Source of the DNA: Lytechinus pictus
Lineage: Eukaryota
Direction: 5' to 3'
DNA: 64,000 nt
NCBI RefSeq assembly: GCF_037042905.1
Contig: NC_087246.1
Location: forward strand, 7,504,001-7,568,000
The position numbers and the translations under genes are program-made. Shown here in pieces: positions 25,304 through 37,162 of the stretch (position 1 is the stretch's first letter; the number at the start of each line of letters is the position of its first letter). Below the pieces are notes generated by a model. The model was not told where the DNA came from, did not search any database, and worked only from the letters and a program-made list of their open reading frames with translations.

Positions 25304-26240
25304 TGGTGCGTATAAAAAAGTTTACACTTTGAAAAAGCCCTGGGAATTGAGAAATATACAACATGTGGGTAATTTTGCCACCCAAATTGATATTTCAACA
25401 CATAGTAAGTACAACCTTTACCCTTTTTGTGCCAGCTAGATCTGAGGACATAGCTTAATCTCAACAAAAGTTTATATCACACATCTCCAGCAGTTTTTAT
25501 TATTTAAAGTGAGTTAACATTTCATTTTTTATATAATAGTTGTTTCTCCACAATTTTTCCAAGCTTGTCAATGATTAGCAAAATGAAAATCAAGCCTAAG
25601 CTATTTCATGTGAATCACAGCTCATTGGCATATATTTATTTATTTATTTATTTAGTTTTATTTATTTTATACTGCAGGGTAGGCCTGTTCAGTTCTTAAA
25701 ACTGCTTTACAAAGGCGCCCTGCAGTTTAAAATACATGTCAAGATAACTATGAACAGCAACAACAACAAACAACATCAAAAATACAAAATATCTAACATC
25801 AGAAACAATTAACACCAAAATATAGAGTGGGAAGTGATAATTAAAACATACATAGCATGAATGTAAAGCAAATATTGTCACGATGGCCTCGGTGTGTGTG
25901 GGGGGGGGGTGGGATGGGGCGCAATGCACTCTTGGAAGTGTTTTGGACAAGGAAACAAGTTAAAAAGGGTAAAAGATATCTTCAAATCAATTTTACTACC
26001 AAAATTCAACGTGTTCTTCATGATTAAGGTCTGCTTTTATTTCAAAGTTCTGCGCAAACCATTTTACACTATAACTTTTCAAAAGTGGTGCTCACTCAAG
26101 CGGAAATATTTTTCGACAGTTATATCGCCATTTCCTTAAATGGATCTGTACCAATGTTAAAATGTGGAAAATTTTCAGGATATTACAAATCTATAATTTT
26201 ATAGAATTTTTCTAAGTGTAAACTTTTTTGATACGCACTG
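25304..26240. mobile_element. Tc1/mariner-like non-autonomous element, copy 1
   Basis: TA|tggtgcgtat...gatacgcactg|TA; homologous to 54423-55410. Carries an extra insertion of about 235 bp (about 25625-25860) resembling a reversed retroelement 3' end. Confidence 0.75.
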
Positions 26241-26397
26241 TAAAGGCGAGACTCGAACCTGCGTCAATTAACTCAACTGCAGGTTTTGCTTATATTGATT
26301 AAGCCACACCAATCGAGCTGATCGATGGATCGGAATGTTTCGTTTTCCATGAATTTTCACGCGGCGTAGTCTAACTAAATAATCCGTAAATAATTAA

Positions 26398-27000
26398 AGG
26401 ACAAGTCCACCCAAACAAAAAGATGATTTGAATAGAAAGAGAAAAGTCAAACAAGGATAACATTGAAAATGTCATCAAATCGGATCTGAAATAAGAAAGT
26501 TATGACATTTAAAAGTTTTACTAAATTTCATGAAACACTTATATGAACATTCTGGTCAATATGCAAATGAGGGGACCGATGACATCACCCACTCATTATT
26601 TCTTTTGTATTTTATGATATGAAATATGGAATATTTGATTTTTTCGTCATTGTCATGCGGAAATTTTTTCATGACCTCCCTGAACATGAAGAATTCTATT
26701 GTTTTAACATATTATGGTTCAAACAAGATGGCCACAATTTCCAAATCCGGCGTAGAAAATGAAATATTGTATAATTCACACAATAAAAAACCCCACAAGA
26801 AATAGTGAGTAAGTGACATCATCGACTCTCTCAAGTGCATATCACTGAGTTGAGCATAAAACTGTTTTGTGAAAAATAAGCAACACTTTAAAATGTCATA
26901 ATTTTCATATTTTCATCCGATTTTCATGAAGTTTTCAGCATTATTCCTTTTTTATTTTTCTCTATTTATTCAAGTCATTTTTTTGGGATGGACTTGACCT
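26398..27000. mobile_element. Kolobok-like MITE, followed by a tandem duplication of about 125 bp of its right end plus flank (to about 27170)
   Basis: ttaa|aggacaagtccacc...ggacttgacct|ttaa; same family as 51608-52210 and the half copy at about 10965-11150. Confidence 0.8.
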
Positions 27001-27974
27001 TTAACTAAATAAATTATACTAAACAAATTAAAACGTCATTCCCAGATTTTCATGAAGTTTTAAGCATTATTCCTTTTTGATTTTTCTCTATTTATTCAAG
27101 TCAATTTTTTGGGATGGACTTGACATTTCACTCAATAAATTATACTAAACGAATTAAAACGTCATTCCTAGAGACTTATTTATGAAAATGTTACGGCTAT
27201 GGTATACTGATTTCTCGCGTATGGTACCCAAAGTACTGACGCAACAAAATCGCGTCCGGGGCCGGGGGGGGGGGGGGTCTCTGCCATTATAATGTGGACA
27301 GCATCTGCGAGAATAGTCCTGATAAAAATACACTAAAACGACGATTAAAAGGCAGGCCGCTAGAACATTCTTAACACGGATTTTGTGCAGATGTCCGAGA
27401 TTTGCAAATTACATATTCTATTCTAGTGAGGCCATCGTGATTAACGAGATTTTTTCGTCACTTTTAGGCATTTTTTTCGCGGGAACTGTCCACTGTCCAA
27501 TGGAATGACCCCGGGACATGGTTGAAAAATATGACTGGCAAATGCTGTATATAATTATAATTCTCAAGAGAAAGACCCTTATATCGTACATAATTAATTG
27601 TTCTATCTTTATCTGGCGGAAGAATTTATACATGACTTGTGTCGATTTTTGTTGTTATAAATAATAAACTATACAATGTAATAACGAGTTCTTTGCCAAA
27701 ATGGATGTTTTAAAAATTGCTTGCTCATGATCATCAAGTTGTTTTTTTACGCTCAATATATTTTCACAAGCATAATTTTGATAAAGGAAATTCTATCTTT
27801 GATTACAGGGGGGGGGATTAATCCCCAATATGCATGAATGGGGAAAATGATGGTGATGATTGTGACTGTATAATGGGTTTAATGATGTCAAAAGCGATGA
27901 TGAAATTTATTGTAATATCGGTAAAAAATAATTTTTTTATAAACTAGTGAGAGTACTTCAACTTAACAACTCAC

Positions 27975-29527
27975 CACTTCCTTCCCGAATGACTCTAATG
28001 CGAAGACTGTGGCTGAAAGACTGTGTTGGTCTGAATGGTCTGATACAATCGTTCTCTTACGAAGCAACAGATCCTTGATGGGTGCAAGCGCACCCTCTTC
28101 GTGACATTCAAAGGCAACATTAATGATGAAACGCATATCATGGACTCGTCGACAGAGAGCTTCCATTAAGGACTTTCCGACTTCACCTCCAAGTGAAGCA
28201 GCGAAGTACAAGACATATGTGAATTTCTTGTAGTGTCCGAGAACATGATCATCCAGAATTCTGTTGAATTCCGGATAATCCTTACGAAACATACATTCAA
28301 GATGGCAGCTTGCTGTATACTCCTGCCAAAGTTTATGAGGAAAATAAAACTGTTCTACAAACTGATCTCCCCCAGCTTGCCTTGATTTCCGGGATGCCAA
28401 AACCCTTTCTTTACCGAGAATACCAATGGCACATGCAGTGGTTGCTTCTTCTTTATGTTGTGCCATTTTTTCTTCGGTAAGTAAATGTTCATCTCTTATC
28501 AAACCATCAAAGGCTACTTTGCCGATAACACTTACTACATTGGAAACTTGTTTCATGGCGGTTTTGTATTCTTCATCATCATAATGTTGTTTGAGGATGT
28601 ACTGGTCTACGAGAGAGAAACATATTTCTTTGAATACTAATGAAAATGTCTCAAAGGCTTTGGTTTCTACATCACGTGACTTCTCCCAAACGTTACACAG
28701 TATGCTGCAGAAAATGGGAAAAGGCGTCAAATGTTCCGAGATTAGATCATTTGATCTTATGAATTTGAGAAGATCCGTAGCCAGCTGTTTGTTGCTGTGG
28801 AAAAAGTTATTGATGTAAGTATTAGCGCCCTCTTTGGAAAATCCCTTGACCTCTATTAGTGTGTAGAGTTGGCGAATATCATCGTTGCTTTTGATTAGAT
28901 CAGTTACATAAGGAAAGGTAGTTATCAACACTGGAGTGTTCATAAATCGTTCTCCTCTTACTATGGATACAATTGAATTTTCGTTATCTGAATGCCTTAA
29001 ATCCATTGTTTTCAGGTCAAGATCAACAAGCATTATCATAACCCTTTCTGGATTATTTTCAATGTATTCATCTATCTCACCACCGTCAATACGCTTTAAA
29101 TCAGGGAAACGACTCAAGACGATTTCCCCGAAAAATTTCCTCTTTTCCAGATTTCGGAAAGATTCAAGAAAGAGCAGATCGATATGCTGAAGACAGTTAC
29201 CTAAAGCCCAGTTTAGGGCTATCATTGAAAATAACGTCGATTTCCCTACTCCAACCTTTCCGAGGAATGCGAAACGAGTTAGTACTCCTATTTCAGCTTC
29301 GCGTTTGATCAGCTTATACAACCCTTCCATCTCAATCGATGTTTCTTTTTTACAGAATGAAGTAGTCGTTGTCACAACCATGACCAGGCTGACAAAAACA
29401 TCTAACAGCCTTTTGCTGGAATCAGGATCAACAGCCGATGATCTGACGTGACGACATTGCCGTGTATATTTTGCCTGTAGCCTTTTTCTTATCAAGTTTA
29501 TATCATCTGGCATCGTTCCATGGTAAC
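27975..29527 (-). CDS. NLR gene, NACHT NTPase exon (internal, phase 1 in, phase 0 out)
   Basis: Lies in the 525-aa ORF 27963..29540. Walker A GKVGVGKS (29238-29261), IEVKGFS, PIFCSILC (PhhC motif) and winged-helix YFPHKLWQEY. Pyrimidine tract + AG acceptor at 29529-29528; donor GTG|GTGAGT at 27974. Confidence 0.9.
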
Positions 29528-29849
29528 CTTTCGTGGACAAACAGAGAAAAGAGAAAATACAGTACAGTAGATATACGTAAAATATGACTCAACTAATGAT
29601 TGGCATACCTGGGGAACCCACTTAACCATGTTTATATTATGGCTCTATGCATGGTGCCCGGGGGCCACTTCCATTGATGAGTGGATACCATGTATGAACA
29701 GAAAAACAACAACAAAGACACTAACAGGCGCGGATCCAAGGGGGGGGGGGGGCGCGAGCCGGCCCCGCCCCCTATTGTTTGGCAACCCCCCAAAATGCCC
29801 TTTTAACTTGAGAGAAACACTGAAAAACAGAAAGATAAGTACGAAGGAG

Positions 29850-32800
29850 GTTTTAAACCCATGTTTAATTTACGGCCTCGTCAATGCCGGCTCGACCCCC
29901 ACAGGCCTAGCTACTCGCATTGGCAGACGTGCAGACATCGGCTCTGAACAGGATCTTTCATAATTCACCGAAAATTCCATCTTTAGCATTCATTGAATCA
30001 CCTTATCTTCGTGGATTTTAACTATTGTGTGGAAACTGTTTTTATTGCATCTCTTTGACTTATTTCAACCAAAAAGTGTGTTTTTGAGGACTAAACATTT
30101 CCCGGACCGCAATACATATGCATACAGAGTACATGCCGCGGATACACCTTAAGCGGGGATACACATCCGGCCTATTATCGAGGTTCTTCATCCAGGTGAA
30201 TTTATCAGTTTGATTTGACTACTTTTGGATTATAAACTGAACCATTTAATATGTGCTATATGTCTTTGGCATACTGTTGTGTTATAGAATTTATAACTTT
30301 GGTGTGAACTAAACATGTCTATGCGCGTTCGTACGAACAAATATAAGGGAGTACCAGGTACGTCATCTTTTGCATATAAACTTCCAAAGGGAATTACCGT
30401 TTCTAGCATCGAACATACGATTCTGACAATAAGCCAATCACTTCAGTTTCAGGAGAAAGACACTGATACATCTTTGATTATCAACAACCTCACTTCCATC
30501 TATCCACATTTGAACCAAGAGATTGGTCGCCATTTTGTTTTGCGTCACGATGTTGCAGGCAATGTAGCGAAGAACAGCGACAAATCTTCAAGCCCCGGGA
30601 ATTCTGAGAACGCAAACAATACCCCTTTATCAAATCTGAGACTCCATTGTAACGGTCGACAATGGTGTTCCGACAACTCCCAATTCTGACAATTTATGCT
30701 CCAGTAAGCCTTGCCTTTGTAAAGACTTAGCTCAAAAGCTTGACAAAATCAGCCTCGTAGTCACAGAGCTAAAAGAAGCCATCATTAATCTAGTAGACCA
30801 TGACAATGGACCTCAGTCACCCAGGTCACGCAGGTCAAAAACCCAGGAACCTTTGCTCGTCAACGAAGTTCACCCGTCACCTGAAAATTCCGCAGAAGCG
30901 ACTCTTTCTTCTCAAATGGATGAATATAAGCAAGTTCAACATCAGCGATTCAAGCAAAGAAAAGATGTTTTGATAGTAGGAGATTCTATGGTTAAATACA
31001 TTCATCCGTCTAAACTATCCCGCAGCAAACGTGTTGCCTGTAAAACTGTCCTAGGAGCTAAAGTCGAAGACGTATACGACGTCACTGATAGACTTGTGAA
31101 AACCCATCATGTCAGCGAAGTCATCTTCCACATCGGAACAAACAACCTCTAAAGAAACGACCCTTCTGTTATCGCAGCAAAAATTGAGTCTCTTGGAGAA
31201 CACGTCTTGAGAAATTGTAGTAGCGTCGAAATGATTACAATGAGTTCAATCATACATCGCCGAGAACGTCATGCTGATCTCCAAAAGAAGGCAGACGACG
31301 TCAATCAACTACTTCGTGATATGACCACGAAGCATGGATGGGGATTCATCGACAACAGTGCAATCGACAGCGACCGTCACCTCATAGCTGATGGTCTGCA
31401 TCTCAACCGCTCTGGTGTCATGATGTTTGCTTCATCTCTTGTTCGTCATATCAATCAGATAGAACATGACAACATGTCAATCGCTGATCGTGCAACAGAT
31501 CATCGTCATGCTCCACAACACCAGTTATATGAGCCGATCACCAGTCCTCCTCAATCACGCCGGTACGCGGATGTTACAGCGTCGATGCCTAAGCTCGCCG
31601 ATCATCAATGTTTACAAAGTGAGACACGCCCACTTCAATCAACCAATGAGCGAGATGGACGCAACACACCCACTGAACTAGAGATACGAATTTTTAGTTC
31701 AGTGAACACACCCCCGCCGAGCCCATTCTAGTGATAATGACAATGCAGAATTCAGCGAGCCATGGCATACGCACTCAACGTACAAAGGCTGCTTCAACTG
31801 CGGCGAACTGAATCACAAACAACGCAATTGCCACTTCGAATCTAAAATCCGCTGTCACAAGTGCAAACAGCTTGGACATAAATCAAAATTTTGTAATCAT
31901 GTCGAAAATTACTAAGAATTTAGCAAGGAAGACTTAGCCGGGAAGCCCGTGCAACTTTCTTCAAAATCTGTTAATACTTTGGCCAATTCTCACAGACTGC
32001 ATAGAAAAATGCAAGGATGTAAACCTCGCACAGACGTTCCAGAGAAATGTAGAATTATAAACTTAAAGGTATTGTTTAACTTTGTGAGCAGCCGATTTAA
32101 AAAAATTCTTAAACCAAGATGAAACATGTGTACAAGTGCATGTATTAGAACTAATAAACCCTGAAAACAACCATTATTGAGAAAGAAAAGCTAAAACTAC
32201 AAGGCAAACACCGATTTTGTAAATAGGCGTCTACTAGACACCTAAATAGTACACATAAGTGTATGGGATGAAATTAAGGCGGTGTTTCCGGTCACTTTAT
32301 ATTTCAATTTTTGAAGCACTAAATAATTATTTTTGAACGCAATTTTTTCTGGGCTTCATTTTTGTAACATATCACAGACACTGGTGACATGTGTGACCTT
32401 CTAGCTCAGATTTTTTAAAAGTCAAACAAATGTTAAACAATCACTTTAAGCGATGGGCAGATTCCTGCCTTAAAAAAAGGACTCAAATTCATATTTTTGA
32501 ATATTCGTAGCCTAGTCAGTAAAGTAGACTCTTTATCACATTTGCTTGCCAATAATGAGATTGATATTCTATGTTTGAATGAAACATTTTGCGACGAAAG
32601 CATAAGTGACAATGAGCTACATATGGAAGGTTTGATAGTTGAAAGAAATGATAGAATACGTTCCGGAGGAGGTGTAGCTACGTAATTTGCAATATGTTAG
32701 GCGTAAAGATTTTGAAAATCCAGACCTTGAACTGATATGTATTCAATTACGACTGCCTTTTCAAAAAGACATTTTGATTTTCTGTTTATCGGCCTCCATC

Positions 32801-35520
32801 AAGTGATGCCTCATTTTTTGAGAAATTCACAGAGCTAATGGAATGTGTTCATTGTTCATGTAAGATGATTGATGAAATTTTAGTTTTTGGTGATTTAAAT
32901 TGCAACCTTGTAGGAAATGATAATTCTTCTCAAGTCTCCAAGTTGGAGTTTTTATTTGGATCGTACAATTTTAAACAGTTGATTGATACGCCAACTCGAG
33001 TAACGAATAACTCACGCTCATTAATTGATATCATATGTTCTACAAAGAGTGAAACTATTGTTGAATTTGGTTGTGTTTACACATCACTGAGTGATCATTA
33101 TCTCGTGTATGCTATACGAAGGTGTAATCAAAACAAAACGCATTCTAATAGGGTAATCAAATTTCGTTCTAAGGAACAATTGAGATCAGATGATTTTCTT
33201 CAGAAAGTCCGGGACTCACCCTGGTGTGATCTTGAAGCTATTTTTGACGTCAACATATATTGGAATAAATGGAAAGACATTTTTGTTTCAACCATTGAGG
33301 AAATAGCACCACTAAAGCATTTACGAGTACGTGAAAAGACTCTACCATGGATAACGCCAGATATAATAAAGTTAATGAGAAATCGAGATTGGTGCATCAA
33401 AAATTTTTAAAGGGAAAAAATCACAAGATCACGATGAAAGCCATACCTCGTGTATTTGGAAGAATTACAAAAAACTGCGTAATGATGTCAACATATTCAT
33501 GGAAAAATCTAAAAGAAATTATTTCACTTCTAAAATTCATGATTCTGCCAATAATTTTTAACAAATGTGGAAATATCTAAAGGTCTTATTACCACAAAAA
33601 AATTACTTATTCCTAACATTTTTGAAATAGAAAATGTTTTCTGTCGTGATGACAAAATTATAAGTAACGCATTCAATGATTATTTCGTTGAATCTGTAAG
33701 ATATCCTGAACTCCAGAGAGAAAGTGTTTCCACACTCAAATGCAATGAAACAGAAAATGTAAGAAAGCATGTTCCTCTTTATGAATTTGATTTTGACGAA
33801 GTTGAAGAAGATGTCATAGCTGATCTTTTATCGAAATTAGACACCAATAAATCAACTGGCATTGATGATATCAGTAGTTCACAACTAAAGTATGCTAAAA
33901 CAGAAATAACCTCTCAAATAACAAAATTGATAAATGTGTCATTTAACGAGGGAGTTTATACAGATGAATGGAAAAGTTCTAAAATTTGTCCATTGTTTAA
34001 GAAAAGTGACATTAATTTGATATGCAATTATAGACCGATTGCAATTTTGCCTGTCGTAAGTAAACTGATAGAAAAGATTGTTCACAAGCAATTATATTCC
34101 TTTTAACCACACATAATATCTTAAGTAATTCGCAGTTCGGTTTTCGACCTGGTCTTTCGACCTCTGCAGCACTGGGTTCGCTTACAGATCAATGGTTACG
34201 CTTCATTGACATCGGGGAAATAATAGGTGCGTTTTACGTTGATCTTAAACGTGCGTTTGACACTGTCGATACTCAGGTAATGTTGGTCAAATTACGTCGT
34301 ATTGGATGTTCAGATAAAATGGTTACGTGGTTTAATTCTTATTTCAATGATAGAACCCAAACAGTAGCTGTACGAGGCACTATCTCAGATGAGCAATCTG
34401 TTTCGCTAGGAGTACCGCAAGGGTCCGTCCTTGGGTCACTCCTTTTCTTAATATACATCGATGATTTGGTTCATGCTCTGAAACATTGTAGTATTACCAT
34501 GTACGCAGATGACACCACATTATATGCTCACAGTACGTCTGCACATGATATTCAACATAAGCTTCAAGATAATATGAATTCCTTAAAAGAATGGTTAAAC
34601 GTAAATAAATTAAAACTTAACACTGATAAAACAAAGTTCATGTTAATAGGGACACCGCAAAAGCTATCTAATTTTTCTATGGAAAATGTAATAATCAAAT
34701 TTAATGGAGATGTTATAGAACGATGTACAACGATTAAATGTCTTGGAGTCATAATTGATCAACACCTAACTTGGTCATACCAAGTTGATAATGTATGTAA
34801 AAAAGTGTATGCCAGCCTAGGTATGTTACGAAGGGTTAGGCCTTATGTTGACCAAAATACCTTCAGGACTCTATACCTATGTCTAGTCCAATCACACCTT
34901 GATTATTGCTGTGAAATCTGGGGGTTGCGTTTCAATATGCACACAGATCGTATAATAAAACTTCAAAAAAGAGCGGCTAGATTAATCCTAAAATGTAATT
35001 TTTATACCCCCTCAAAAGAAATGTTTCGTGAACTCCAATGGCTCCCCTTCAACGATCGCGTTACCTATTTAAAGTGTATTTTTATGTATAGATGTATCAA
35101 TGGTCTGTCATCGGAATTTTATCGTAATGTGTTTACAAATGCCAGTGATTCTCATTGTTTTAATACAAGATATGCAGCAAAAGATAATTTGATCACCCCC
35201 AAAACTCATACTGAAATTTTTAAACACTCTTTATTTTACTCAGCGATTTTACTTTGGAACAACATGCCATTGAATTTGAAACAGTCAAAATCTTTATCAA
35301 TTTTTAAACAGAAACTTAAAATGCATCTTTTTAAATTCTAAGTTTTATTATTGCCTCTTGAATTTGAAATCAACTTTGTATGTCTATCTACCATATTTTA
35401 TTCATATGTACTGCTTTGTGTGTAATTTTTGTCAATTAGTATAATGCTTTTAACGATGTCGTATGTTTGCTACTCTGGTTTCTGTTATAGTCAAGTTATT
35501 TAGAATATTTCTATGTATAC
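29850..35520 (+). mobile_element. Near full-length degraded CR1/L2-group LINE: ORF1 (SGNH esterase + 2 CCHC) and ORF2 (APE + RT)
   Basis: ORF1 pieces 30315-31915: VGDSM, HIGTNN, DGLHLN, CFNCGELNHKQRNC and CHKCKQLGHKSKFC. ORF2 pieces 32450-35341: LNETF, GDLN, SDHY, NYRPI, PQGS, YADD. Multiple stops and frameshifts; boundaries approximate. Confidence 0.88.
32067..32445. mobile_element. Kolobok-like MITE inserted at the ORF1/ORF2 junction of the LINE
   Basis: ttaa|aggtattgtttaac...gttaaacaatcact|ttaa. Confidence 0.75.
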
Positions 35521-37162
35521 TTCATATCTGCAATTTTTTTAAAGCCAATTTTGGAAAATAGTAAATAGTAAAAAATTTCATGCGGCGGCCAAAATAGATG
35601 CGCGCGAGGACGATCAATTACTTTCGTTTTTACTTGGCCTAATTACACAGGAAAATAAAGTTCAGTAGTTTATTACTTTTCAAACCTTGATATAGGTGCT
35701 AAGGAATATGTGATGATGACAAATCGATATATCTCCAGCGGTACATGGACAATGGTGAATGATATAATGTCGAACGATGCTGGAACAATTATAAGAATTT
35801 AACTTATGATAATTCTGAACTAAATTTTTGACTCAGACTAAACTTGATGAAGACTAAACTGGAATACATGTAAGACGCTCGGATAAAAAACTAGAATAAA
35901 GACAAAACTCTAAAAACTTGACTAAAATGCAGCTCGCTTATATACACTTTCTGGACATAGCATAGAGGCTGTTCTCACTACGTTCCTAAAACTAGTTTAG
36001 TGGAAACTAGTTTAACGCGTAGTGAGAATGGTCAAAGCGTTCGTGGAAGCGATCATCCAAACCAGTTTGGAAAACCACCTCGCGATGTAGATCGCTTTGC
36101 CTCGTTAAATAGTGCAGGATAGGCCCCATAGAAAATTGACCAAACCTTGTTTTTTTTATATATACAATATTTTTTATGGTTTCTTGTCAATTCGAGGGTG
36201 CTGATTACGAATCTGGATGATGCCACTCGTGTAACCTTGAGCAGTTTCCGCAAATTGGCAAATTCCAATATGGCCGCCAAAATATGCAAATTACCTATGA
36301 AAATCAGAAAACTGCCCGCACATTGGTTGTGAAATGCATGAAATTGTGTGGCAGGAGTGAAATAAAATCTTAAAAAATAATTTTTGACAAAATGTTAATT
36401 TTCCTGATATTCAAAATGGCCGCCATAGGCCATTGTATACACTATTGTGTACAATATGAAAAGGGAAAACTAATTTTCACAAAAATGAGCACTAAATTGT
36501 AAAAATCGCGATGTATGAACGAAGTAATATATGCAAATCATCATTACTAACGAGATATATCATTTATTATGTCATATATGGGAATATTGCTGTATTTTGA
36601 TATCTAAAATAGCCGCCACTGGCCCAAAGAGTATTATGTACAAAGGCAATGGCCGGGGCAAAAAAAAATTGACAAGATTGAGCACTTAAATGCATATCAT
36701 TAAGATTAACGAGTGGAATACTGACTAAAACATAATTGTTAATATGCCATTTATATGATAAATGCTGTATTTTGAAATTTAAAATGGCCGCCATGGCCCC
36801 TATATTGCTATCATGTAAAACTAATTTTCACACGAGTAAGAGACATAAAATGCATGTAATTGTGATCTAAGAGTAAAACATTGTCTGACAACATGTTTTA
36901 TAGCAAGACATATCATTTATTTTGTCATGCATGAAATTAATACTGTATTATGAAATTCAAAATAGCCCCTATAGGTCCTAACAATATTATCTACAATGTG
37001 AATTGGGACATATTTGGAAGAATTTGGATTTGCTTGACTATGACATCCATAATTATAATCCTGTTGTATGAGTAAAACGTTATTTGAAAACGTTTTTTTT
37101 ATTATTATCGCATTCCTAGGTGATTAATACTGTATTTTTTACATTCAAAATAACCTCTATAA

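Noticed and set aside
29725..29850. Start of a caggcgcggatcc hAT-like MITE
   Set aside because: Only one end is visible before the LINE; no partner end or TSD could be located.
34280..35341. RT ORFs as retron, DGR, group II intron or telomerase-type systems
   Set aside because: Each RT carries non-LTR motifs and is either preceded by an APE endonuclease or ends in a LINE-type tail; all copies are disrupted.
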